Shown: positions 10,966-19,016 of the stretch, in pieces
Numbering within the stretch: the first letter of the stretch is position 1
Layout: each line of letters begins with the position of its first letter
NCBI GenBank assembly: GCA_044351795.1
Contig: JBILFA010000001.1
Location: 28,094-92,093, forward strand
Length of the DNA: 64,000 nt
Source of the DNA: Bdellovibrionota bacterium
Lineage (GTDB): Bacteria > Bdellovibrionota_C > UBA2361 > OMII01
Reading direction: 5' to 3'
Translations under genes and position numbers: made by a program
Notes under the pieces: generated by a model
Database searches by the model: none
What the model was told of the DNA's origin: nothing
The model's input: only the letters and a program-made list of their open reading frames with translations

Positions 10966-11300
10966 GGGAGCTTTTCGCTTGGGTTTGCTGATGGATCTAT
11001 CGGGACGATTCACTACTTTGCGAACGGGAGTCGTAAGGTGCCTAAGGAGCGCTTTGAGGTGTTCTCCGACGGGCGTACTGCGGTGATTGAGAATTTTCGG
11101 GGTGTGCGGAGTTTTGGGTTTGCGGGATTAAAGAGCAAGCGCTTGTGGTCACAGCAGAAGGGGCATGCGGAGTGTGTGGGGAGGATGTTGTGATCCCTTC
11201 TTGGGAGGAGATCCGGAATGTTACGCGGGCTACTGTGTTGGCTCGGGAGGCTGTGCGGAGTGGGGTTGCGTTTCGGGTGTAGGAAGGCGGCTGTGTCGGT
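10966..11300 (+). repeat. repeat copy A1: 3'-terminal fragment of a Gfo/Idh/MocA-type oxidoreductase gene, with an internal 25-nt deletion, plus trailing hairpin
   Basis: Encodes FSLGFADGSIGTIHYFANGSRKVPKERFEVFSDGRTAVIENFRGVRSFG...GVAFRV*; near-identical to copies at 18480–18840 and 23045–23216. Lacks 'atgcgtttctgcgggcggtgcgtgg' relative to other copies. Confidence 0.8.
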
Positions 11301-11412
11301 CGCCGGGCGTTTGCAGCATCGACATACGTATGTTTTGGAACGATGTGGTTGTTCGCGAAGATGGTGCAGGTCGTAGCTCGAGTGCCCGGCGACCGGGGGA
11401 GGACGAAGGTCC

Positions 11413-12570
11413 CTACCCTTCTCCAAACAGATCGAGATACTCCCGATACAGAAACTGTCGATTCCTCGATTGTCCCGTGATCTCGCTGAGAATACCGACC
11501 TCGACGAGTTTAGCGACCAAGTCGTTTGCCGCAGGATAGGTAGTGCCGGTAAGGGTCTGCACGTGCTTCACGCTGAGGACTGGCTTCTCATACAAATGTT
11601 CTAGGATGCGGAAACCATTCGCCGCCGCACGTCCTAATCGCTCAGTGATCGCTGCTCGGTGGCTCTCGCGCAGAACTATGATGCGTCTCGCAGTTTCAGT
11701 GGCTTCGCCGCTAACCTCGGTGACCCCTGTCAGAAAGAACGCGAGCCACTCCTCCCACTCGCCGCGATCGCGAACGGCTTGCAATCGTTCGTAGTACTCG
11801 GAACGATGCCGCTTGAAGAAATGCGAGAGGTACAGAACGGGTTTGGTGAGAATCTCCTGTTCGCACAGAAGAAAGGTGATGAGCAGGCGCCCGACTCGGC
11901 CGTTTCCGTCCAGGAACGGGTGAATCGTTTCGAACTGCGCGTGCGCGAGTCCTATCTTGACCAGAAGGGGCAGCTCGTCTGCGGTATGAATGAATGTCTC
12001 CAGGGCTCCCAACAGAGCAGGAACTTCATGAGGGGGTGGAGGTACAAACGATGCCTCTCTCAGCGTGCATCCACTGGAACCAATCCAGTTTTGGCTCGCT
12101 CGAAGCTCGCCGGGGGTCAGACGCGATCCCCGAACTCCTTTCAACAGTCGGGCATGAATCTCTCGAATGAGCCGTACTGACACCGGTAGCTCAGAAAGAC
12201 GAGCTACCCCGTGATTCATGGCGTCAAAGTAGTTGATTACTTCATCCACATCACGCGGAAGGTCAGCTGATAGAACTTTTGCCTCTGCTGCGAGAAGATC
12301 CTGCAGGGAGCTCTGCGTACCTTCGATTTGGCTCGAGAGTACTGCCTCCTTTCGAACGTACATGTAGACGAATAGGTCTGGGTTCGGCAGGGTCTGAATC
12401 GAGCCATCCAGGCGGCCCAGTGCTCGGTCAGCTTGGGAGAGAAGAGCTTGGAGTTTTCCAGTTACGTGAACAGGAGGATTCGGGGGTAACTTGGTAGGCA
12501 TGAATGCTCGGTAACCCGTTGGTTGGGTTACGTATTGTCCCGCCCTGCTGGTACTGTACTCAGTGTCCAT
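11413..12570 (-). CDS. Fic/DOC family protein (putative AMPylator / toxin)
   Basis: Canonical Fic motif HPFLDGNGRVGR present (IHPFLDGNGRVGRLLITFLL); size about 385 aa. Confidence 0.85.
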   Translation of the reverse strand: MDTEYSTSRAGQYVTQPTGYRAFMPTKLPPNPPVHVTGKLQALLSQADRALGRLDGSIQTLPNPDLFVYMYVRKEAVLSSQIEGTQSSLQDLLAAEAKVLSADLPRDVDEVINYFDAMNHGVARLSELPVSVRLIREIHARLLKGVRGSRLTPGELRASQNWIGSSGCTLREASFVPPPPHEVPALLGALETFIHTADELPLLVKIGLAHAQFETIHPFLDGNGRVGRLLITFLLCEQEILTKPVLYLSHFFKRHRSEYYERLQAVRDRGEWEEWLAFFLTGVTEVSGEATETARRIIVLRESHRAAITERLGRAAANGFRILEHLYEKPVLSVKHVQTLTGTTYPAANDLVAKLVEVGILSEITGQSRNRQFLYREYLDLFGEG

Positions 12571-12684
12571 CTTTGCCTATAGCTCCGAGCCTTTAACGAC
12601 GGAGTCGGATGCCCGTTTTATTATCGCCAGACTTTAATATAGGAGGGTTTTCTATCCTTAAGCAAGGCAGGCTTTACTAAGCGA

Positions 12685-13135
12685 GGCGCTTTGAGGTGTA
12701 TTCCGACGGGCGTACTGCGGTGATTGAGAATTTTCGGGGTGTGCGGAGTTTTGGCTTCAAAGGATTGAAGAGCAAGCACTTGTGGTCGCAGCAGAAGGGG
12801 CATGCGGAGTGTGTGGATGCGTTTCTGCGGGCGGTGCGTGGGGAGGATGTTGTGATCCCTTCTTGGGAGGAGATCCGGAATGTTACGCGGGCTACTGTGT
12901 TGGCTCGGGAGGCTGTGCGGAGTGGGGTTTCGTTTCGGGTTGAATAGGGTTTTGAGGGTTCCGGCTTAAGGCGACCGACACGGTCGCCCTCCCAATGTGA
13001 TTCGGGATTGGTTGGGGGCTGGCGCGATCGGCGAGACCCGGTTCCGGCTTGAGGCGACCGGGACGGTCGCGGTCCATGCGGATTCGGGGATGGTTGAGGT
13101 CTCTGGCGCGGACGGCGGCACACCGTCCCTCCTAA
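12685..13135 (+). repeat. repeat copy S1: oxidoreductase 3'-fragment (…GVSFRVE*) plus hairpin module H1/H1'/H2
   Basis: Protein fragment EVYSDGRTAVIENFRGVRSFGFKGLKSKHLWSQQKGHAECVDAFLRAVRGEDVVIPSWEEIRNVTRATVLAREAVRSGVSFRVE. Followed by ggcgaccgacacggtcgcc (12970–12988), ggcgaccgggacggtcgc (13053–13070) and gcgcggacggcggcacaccgtcc (about 13107–13128). Confidence 0.85.
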
Positions 13136-13229
13136 GGGCACGTGGAGCGGTTGATGTTGGTGTTCACGACTACGGCTGGGACCTCGCGGCGGAAGGTCCG
13201 TGGGGTCCATCGATTTATCTTCATACTAC

Positions 13230-14147
13230 TCACAGTGAGAGGACCTTCTTCAGGTTCTCGAGCTGCCGCGCGTGCTTGCCGGGTTCCATCCTTGCGATAT
13301 TTTGAAGTTTCCACTGAATTCCAGGGAGCTGATCAATACCTGTAATGGGAATCAGATCCCATTGAGGTGCTCCAGCTTTGACGGAAACAAGAAACCTGCG
13401 CTCGTTGTCGCTCAAGTCAACTCTCAGCTTTTGAACAACCTCTGCTCGGGTGGCTTCGAGGCTTTCGTACGACACCGAGATTCGACTCATACCGACGAAC
13501 TCGCTCTGGAATATGGTGCGCATATCCAGATAGCTCGGATCGAGTAATTCGTGCATCGGCCTGCTGTGGCTTGCCAAATACAGTACGAATGCCTGCCGTA
13601 TCTGGGTTGTTATACCTTCATTTTCGAGAAGGAGCTTTGCATCGAAGAGATCTCTTGGATGTTGCCTATCGAGAACTGCACACAGTTTCCCGCCGAAGAC
13701 ATCTCCGAAGGACAGTGTGGTAACTTCCGCATATGCTGAAAATCGGGTTTGAGCTGATTCACAAAGCTCTCGTATCTCACACGGAAAAACACTTCCACGC
13801 AGTACGAAATTCGGCTCGATTTTGATGACCGCACCATTGGCCGAGAGAACGAGGCTTCCTATCGTTTTATCGAGTGGCCCTCATGCTTTTTGAACTTTAC
13901 TGTAAGGTACCGCTGCGCATATTCGGTCGGCGAGAGAAGAGAGCGCACGGCTGATACCCTCGATTGTACGCTCGCGACTCTCCAATGGAAGATACGTTAC
14001 ATCGATATCCACAGAGAGACGCGGCATTTCTCGCATGAAGAGGTTTATTGCGGTGCCGCCTTTGAGGGCAAAAACCTTCTGCTCAGCTACCAATGGCAAC
14101 ACTTGTAGTAGCAGCTCAACTTGACGCGAGTACCGCTCGTTGCTCAT
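13230..14147 (-). pseudogene. AbiEii/AbiGii-family nucleotidyltransferase toxin, disrupted by an in-frame TGA and a probable pair of frameshifts
   Basis: N-terminus KGGTAINLFMREMPRLSVDIDVTY (NTase GS…DxD motif). In-frame TGA at 13881–13883 followed by protein-like continuation GPLDKTIGSLVLSANGAVIKIEPNFVLRG. Conserved …FGDVFGGKL / AVLDRQHPRDLFDAKLLL segments lie in two frames around the A5 run at 13736–13740 and the site at about 13680. Confidence 0.6.
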
Positions 14148-14920
14148 CGGGATCCCTCATCAAAAAGGTCCGCTGGCAGTGTGAGGCGATATTTAGGGTG
14201 GAGTTTTCCGCTTTTCACTAATGTTCTATCGCCGCTGCCAAGGTCGATCTTGTCCAGATTCAATTTCTTTACCCACGGGAGTTTTAGCTCCTCGGCTAGG
14301 AGGAGAAAGAGGCGCTTTACCTTGATCGATGAGCAGCTTTCGAGAAGCTGCTGGACAAGCTTCGGACGTAGCGTCAGCAGTCCCGTCATGAGAAGGCGTG
14401 CTTCCGATAGGCTCTGATTCTTTGGCGCTGCGTGGAGCGTCTCCAGCATCGCACGTTCCCGTGAGGATACTTGGATTGAAAAGCTGCCGACGGTTTGTGA
14501 GGAGAGGCCAATGTCGTGAGGGAGTAGGTTCGTCGTCGCAAGCGTTATCGGGACACCCCAGTCGTGACGAGAGAACCAGCTGGGCAGGCGCGTTCCGGGA
14601 TCGGCGAAAAGTGCTACGTCCTCGCTGTCGAACTTGATAAAATGCGCAGCACCGTGATACGCCAAAGCGCTCTTACCCCCGAGATGAACAGGAAGCCTCG
14701 ATTGCTGCTGAAGGGCGAACAGACCGCCGCGCCAGTCAACCACATCACCAGCCTTTGCGAATGCTCCCCGACCGATGCCCACGAGCCACCCAGAGGTCCG
14801 ATAGTGATGAAGCAATACGTCGCTATAGCCGCGTTTCTTCAGAGTGGCGCTGGTAAAGACTGTCCCGCTGGGCCAGCTTAGTAAGAGCTGCTGTATTTTG
14901 CTTCGTTTTTCTGAAACCAT
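14144..14920 (-). CDS. AbiEi-family antitoxin (type IV TA), wHTH N-terminus
   Basis: 258 aa; 4-nt overlap with the abiEii start (ATGA); N-terminal region typical of AbiEi transcriptional-regulator antitoxins. Upstream AT-rich promoter carries a perfect palindrome. Confidence 0.6.
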   Translation of the reverse strand: MVSEKRSKIQQLLLSWPSGTVFTSATLKKRGYSDVLLHHYRTSGWLVGIGRGAFAKAGDVVDWRGGLFALQQQSRLPVHLGGKSALAYHGAAHFIKFDSEDVALFADPGTRLPSWFSRHDWGVPITLATTNLLPHDIGLSSQTVGSFSIQVSSRERAMLETLHAAPKNQSLSEARLLMTGLLTLRPKLVQQLLESCSSIKVKRLFLLLAEELKLPWVKKLNLDKIDLGSGDRTLVKSGKLHPKYRLTLPADLFDEGSR

Positions 14921-14971
14921 ACTTAATAAAGTAGCATATTTTCGTAGGACTACACTGTGATTTTATATTCA

Positions 14972-14994
14972 TTGCTTAAATTGAGCTTAAGCAA
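14972..14994. promoter_or_regulatory. candidate operator palindrome TTGCTTAA-N7-TTAAGCAA in the AT-rich abiEi upstream region
   Basis: Perfect 8-bp inverted repeat read directly in an unusually AT-rich about 200-bp stretch (14921–15120), 50–75 bp upstream of the abiEi start; AbiEi antitoxins are known to autoregulate via inverted repeats. Confidence 0.4.
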
Positions 14995-15189
14995 TATGTA
15001 TACATCTACTGCAACTGCCACTAATACTAAGCTAATCTAAGTAGTTACAATATATATGGCGATCGCTTATAGCTTTTCGAGCTAGGAATGCTAGGCGGGC
15101 TCATGTGCCGGGGCGCTACGAGTCTAACTACGAGAAGAAGGGGCTCGATTATCCGATCGGTTTCGTGCGCTGGACGGAGCAGCGCAATT

Positions 15190-15600
15190 TCGAAGCTGTG
15201 CTTTTGAGATGCATTCCGACGGGCGCACTGCGGTGATTGAGAATTTTCGGGGTGTGCGGAGTTTTGGGTTCAAAGAATTGAAGAGCAAGCGCTTGTGGTC
15301 GCAGCAGAAGGGGCATGCGGAGTGTGTGGAGGCGTTTCTGCGGGCGGTGCGTGGGGAGGATGTTGTTATTCCTTCGTGGGAGGAGATCCGGAATGTTACG
15401 CGGGCTACTGTGCTTGCTCGGGAGGCTTTGCGGAGTGGGGTTTCGTTTCGGGTTGAATAGGGTTTTGGGGGTTCCGGCCGAAGGCGACCGGGACGGTCGC
15501 GGTCCATGGGGTCGGATTCCGTCATAGCTGATGTCGAGGATCCAGGCGAACGGCGACCGACACGGTCGCCCTCCCAATGTGATTCGGGATTGGTTGGGGC
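15190..15600 (+). repeat. repeat copy S2: oxidoreductase 3'-fragment (…GVSFRVE*) plus hairpins H1' (15483–15500) and H1 (15552–15570)
   Basis: Near-identical to S1/S3/S4. Hairpin order H1'-H1 is reversed relative to S1. Confidence 0.85.
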
Positions 15601-15685
15601 CGCTGAGCTTAGCATGTGCAAGATGGGGGATATGGCTATCTATCACCCGATTGCTTAATTACAAAATCGGCGGTAATCTGTAACT

Positions 15686-16852
15686 ATGATCGACAGAGTA
15701 GTTAAGATACCGAAGAAAGGGCACTTTTTTCTCTTCGGCCCGCGCCAAACTGGGAAGAGTTCACTCGTAAGGGTAGCTTTTGAAGCACATGAGACACTCT
15801 CTATTAATTTGCTGCTCAGTCAGGAATATCGGCGACTGAAGCTAGACCCCGGGCTGATCGCGAGCGATGTTGGCGGCCGTGGGCCTGAGGTGCGTTACGT
15901 CGTCATCGACGAAGTACAGCGGGTTCCCGAGCTGCTCGATGAGATACACCACCTGATCGAATCGCCGAATGCACCTTACTTTGTGTTGACGGGCTCCAGC
16001 GCCAGAAAGCTCAAGCGTGCGAAGGCAAACCTCTTGGGTGGAAGAGCGAGCACTATCGAACTCTTCCCTCTAACCTATAAAGAACTCGGGGATCGTTTCT
16101 TCCTTGATCGAGCACTAGCATGGGGAACTCTTCCAAAACTGTACCTCGAGAACGACGAAGAGGAGCGCGCTACCTTTCTGCGCTCGTACGTCGACAACTA
16201 TCTCAAGGAGGAGATTCAAGCCGAAGCTGCGGTGCGAAACCTCTCGACGTTCCTGCGCTTCCTACCGCTTGCTGCCGAGTCAAATGGACAGGAGCTGAAC
16301 TTCTCGAAGATCGCGCGCGTGTGTCTGTCGAACCACAACACGATTAAATCTTACTATCAGATCCTGGAAGATACTCTCATCGGAAGATTTCTACTTCCTC
16401 TAGCAGGCTCGACACGACAACAGCTGTCGAAGAGACCAAAGTTTTATCTTTTCGATACGGGGATCATTCGAGCAATTCTAGGGCGCGAGCGTGCCCAACT
16501 ACACCCAGGCACGTACGAGTTTGGCGCACTCTTCGAGTCCTGGATCATCAACGAGGTGTGGCGGATAAATAGCTACTACAAAAAGAACCTACAGACATTT
16601 TTTTATCGTACCGACGCCGGTGCCGAGGTCGATCTGATCATCATCGATCCCCACCGCGCGAGGTACGCGATAGAGATCAAGAGCGCGAGCGACGTCGCAC
16701 CCGCGGATCTTGGAGCGGGCTTTGAGTCCTTAAGCGCTCACGGAGAGCTAGCGAAGCGTATCTGCGTAACAACGGGACCACGACCTTATTCGTCACAGGG
16801 AGTCGATTTTATGCCGTGGCGCGATTTTTTCGAGTGGCTCGTAGCCGTGTGA
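15686..16852 (+). CDS. AAA+ ATPase with C-terminal DUF4143-like domain
   Basis: Walker A GPRQTGKSSL, Walker B VVIDEVQ; architecture typical of the widespread ATP-binding protein (DUF4143) family. Confidence 0.75.
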   Translation: MIDRVVKIPKKGHFFLFGPRQTGKSSLVRVAFEAHETLSINLLLSQEYRRLKLDPGLIASDVGGRGPEVRYVVIDEVQRVPELLDEIHHLIESPNAPYFVLTGSSARKLKRAKANLLGGRASTIELFPLTYKELGDRFFLDRALAWGTLPKLYLENDEEERATFLRSYVDNYLKEEIQAEAAVRNLSTFLRFLPLAAESNGQELNFSKIARVCLSNHNTIKSYYQILEDTLIGRFLLPLAGSTRQQLSKRPKFYLFDTGIIRAILGRERAQLHPGTYEFGALFESWIINEVWRINSYYKKNLQTFFYRTDAGAEVDLIIIDPHRARYAIEIKSASDVAPADLGAGFESLSAHGELAKRICVTTGPRPYSSQGVDFMPWRDFFEWLVAV

Positions 16853-16904
16853 CGGTGGTTACTTAGACTCTGCAAGGCAAAGACATCGGCAGGAATTCCT
16901 ATTG

Positions 16905-17085
16905 AGAACGTGTCGGGTGGGGGCGTTTTGGGGTGGCGGTTATCGTGGGGTCGGACGTGTGGCGACCGGGACGGTCGCGGTCCGTGGGGATGTAATTCCG
17001 TAATGGCTGATGTCGATGATGCACGCGAACGGCGACCGACACGGTCGCCCCTCCCAATGTTACATGTATCTGGAATGGTTATTAC
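16905..17085 (+). repeat. hairpin-only repeat unit (no coding fragment): H1' 16961–16978 and H1 17031–17049
   Basis: …gtggcgaccgggacggtcgcggtccgtgggg…gaacggcgaccgacacggtcgcccctcccaatg; same module as downstream of the S-copies. Confidence 0.75.
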
Positions 17086-17141
17086 GTTGCCATTCTAGGC
17101 ATTTAATAGTGCTATACATTATCATTAACTTCTCCTAGAAT

Positions 17142-17651
17142 GTGTTTATGGACATTATCCGAGCGATTGTAACGCAAGTCGACGAAGAGCTTTCTCGCCT
17201 CACTGACGCGCGTCGCTCAGAGGATCTGCCAGGGCTCAAGCCGCTTGAAATCAAAGTTTTAGGGCAGATGTCCTTGCTAATGGATCCGGTCGGGCAATCG
17301 CTTAATCCTGCGGCGACTCGAGATATCGACGCTCTGTTGATGGGGGATCTCCTAGCGATAAATATATTCAGAGCCGTAATAAAATCGCACAGCCTTGTGT
17401 TTGACGAGCTCAGTAAAGAAATTTGGCTACCCGAGACTGCTGTGTTTATCCCGTACCATTCATCTGCGCACCTGATTGTTTCCTATGTGGATTCGATCTC
17501 GGCGTTAACGAGCAAAGCGATAAAGGCGAAAGAGAAGAATCGATATCTGATACGAAGAGGGCTAGAGGTTTTTGGAAAGCCACTCGAGGAAGCTATCGTT
17601 CGGTACGGCGGAGATATCAACTACTTCGTAGTCGGCAAGCTGGGGCTGTAA
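17142..17651 (+). CDS. hypothetical protein (possible minimal nucleotidyltransferase-like; uncertain)
   Basis: 169 aa. Weak GQMS…(17 aa)…RDIDAL resembles an NTase Gly-Ser…DxD pattern but is unconvincing. First gene of a 2-gene operon. Confidence 0.4.
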   Translation: MFMDIIRAIVTQVDEELSRLTDARRSEDLPGLKPLEIKVLGQMSLLMDPVGQSLNPAATRDIDALLMGDLLAINIFRAVIKSHSLVFDELSKEIWLPETAVFIPYHSSAHLIVSYVDSISALTSKAIKAKEKNRYLIRRGLEVFGKPLEEAIVRYGGDINYFVVGKLGL

Positions 17652-17652
17652 T

Positions 17653-18159
17653 ATGGCCAAACGAGCACCAAAGATCTCACAGAGTCTGGAGCGCAGAGTA
17701 TTTGGCTTTTTTGTTGCCAAAGGGCTTCTTATCGCACCTCACATAGCGCCGAAGAGCTCTGTGAAGCTGCGAATCGCCGATGTTGTGAATGTTGGGCTTC
17801 ATGTTGAGCCCCGAATTATCGAGGTGCTGCCGGCAGCGCTGCTCCACTTTCCGCGCTCTTTCATCGGATATGAGGATATGCCGGAAAAGTTGAGAGAGGC
17901 GCTCGACTGTATTCGCTCTGGACGGGAGTCAGGGCCCTCTCTCGCAGGTATTCCGTACAAAGCGATACTTCGCTGGGCAAACGAACCTCTGCCTGATAAG
18001 CGAACACGGCCCGAGAGAGACCGCCGTATAACAAAGGCCTTTAGGCTGAAGCGGGCTGCTCTCGAGAAGCTGAAAACTGATGCCTCTTCGGCAGGATTAA
18101 CGGAGACTCGGTACCTGGAGGAGCTTCTACTCGGCGGGGAATTTCAGGGCGAGAATTAA
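17653..18159 (+). CDS. hypothetical protein, basic; second gene of coupled pair
   Basis: 168 aa; start ATG 1 nt after the upstream TAA (translational coupling); no recognisable motif. Confidence 0.4.
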   Translation: MAKRAPKISQSLERRVFGFFVAKGLLIAPHIAPKSSVKLRIADVVNVGLHVEPRIIEVLPAALLHFPRSFIGYEDMPEKLREALDCIRSGRESGPSLAGIPYKAILRWANEPLPDKRTRPERDRRITKAFRLKRAALEKLKTDASSAGLTETRYLEELLLGGEFQGEN

Positions 18160-18177
18160 AGCCTTCTAGAGAGGTAC

Positions 18178-18289
18178 GAGGGCAAAAACGTTCTGCTCAG
18201 CTACCAATGACAGCACTTGTAGTAGCAGCTCAACTTGACGCGAGTACCGCTCGTTACTCATCGGGATCCCTTATCAAAAGGTTCGCTGG
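18178..18289 (+). repeat. partial duplicate of the abiEi/abiEii junction (copy of about 14070–14175)
   Basis: ggcaaaaacgttctgctcagctaccaatgacagcacttgtagtagcagctcaacttgacgcgagtaccgctcgtt(a/g)ctcatcgggatccct… matches 14070–14170 with a few mismatches, fused directly to repeat A2. Confidence 0.75.
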
Positions 18290-18870
18290 TGGAGCTGGAT
18301 GGGCCAGTCTCGATGGTAATGACGGTCACTGCTGGGCGGCTTCCGGCGAATAGTTGGATCATGGATGAGGCTGAAGGTGGTGGGCGAGTTATTAGTGAGG
18401 TGTGCCACTTTATCGATCTGATGGTGGCTGTGTCGGGATCTTTGGTTAGTTCGATCTCGGGGTTGGGATTACGGGAGAGTGGACGGGAGTTGCAATCGGC
18501 GAGCTTTTCGCTTGGGTTTTCAGATGGATCTATCGGGACGATTCACTACTTTGCGAATGGAAGTCGCAAGGTGCCTAAGGAGCGCTTTGAGGTGTTCTCG
18601 GATGGGCGTACTGCGGTGATTGAGAATTTTCGGGCTGTGCAGAGTTTTGGGTTCAAGGGCTTAAAGAGCAAGCGCTTGTGGTCGCAGCAGAAGGGGCATG
18701 CGGTGTGTATGGATGCGTTTCTGCGGGCGGTGCGGGGGGAGGATGTTGTTATTCCTTCGTGGGAGGAGATCCGGAATGTTACGCGGGCTACTGTGCTTGC
18801 TCGGGAGGCTTTGCGGAGTGGGGTGGCGTTTCGGGTGTAGGAAGGCGGCTGTATCGGTCGCCGTTCGTTC
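18290..18870 (+). repeat. repeat copy A2 (longest): about 180-aa C-terminal portion of the Gfo/Idh/MocA-type oxidoreductase (…GVAFRV*) plus trailing hairpin
   Basis: VELDGPVSMVMTVTAGRLP…DEAEGGGRVISEVCHFIDLM…FSLGFSDGSIGTIHYFANGSRKVPKERFEVFSDGRTAVIENF…EEIRNVTRATVLAREALRSGVAFRV*; followed by gaaggcggctgtatcggtcgcc. Confidence 0.8.
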
Positions 18871-18902
18871 GACCCCACCCCTGCGCCATCTTCGCAGTTG
18901 CA

Positions 18903-18950
18903 GTCGGCTAGCTTTTCGCTTGGGTTTGCTGATGGATCTATCGAGGCTCT
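18903..18950 (+). repeat. mini-fragment of the same oxidoreductase repeat (…LQSASFSLGFADGSI…)
   Basis: agttgcagtcggctagcttttcgcttgggtttgctgatggatctatcga matches 18507–18552 and 10966–11000. Confidence 0.6.
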
Positions 18951-19016
18951 TCCCCCTGCCGGATCACCGAGGAATTGCATTGACGCTGACGCCGTCCGGC
19001 TATACCATGGATAACT

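Noticed and set aside
13610-13837. 75-aa ORF on the − strand inside the abiEii region
   Set aside because: It is the −1 frame segment produced by the apparent frameshifts within abiEii (contains …GNIQEISSMQ… overlapping the real …FGDVFGGKL… frame); part of the pseudogene, not an independent gene.
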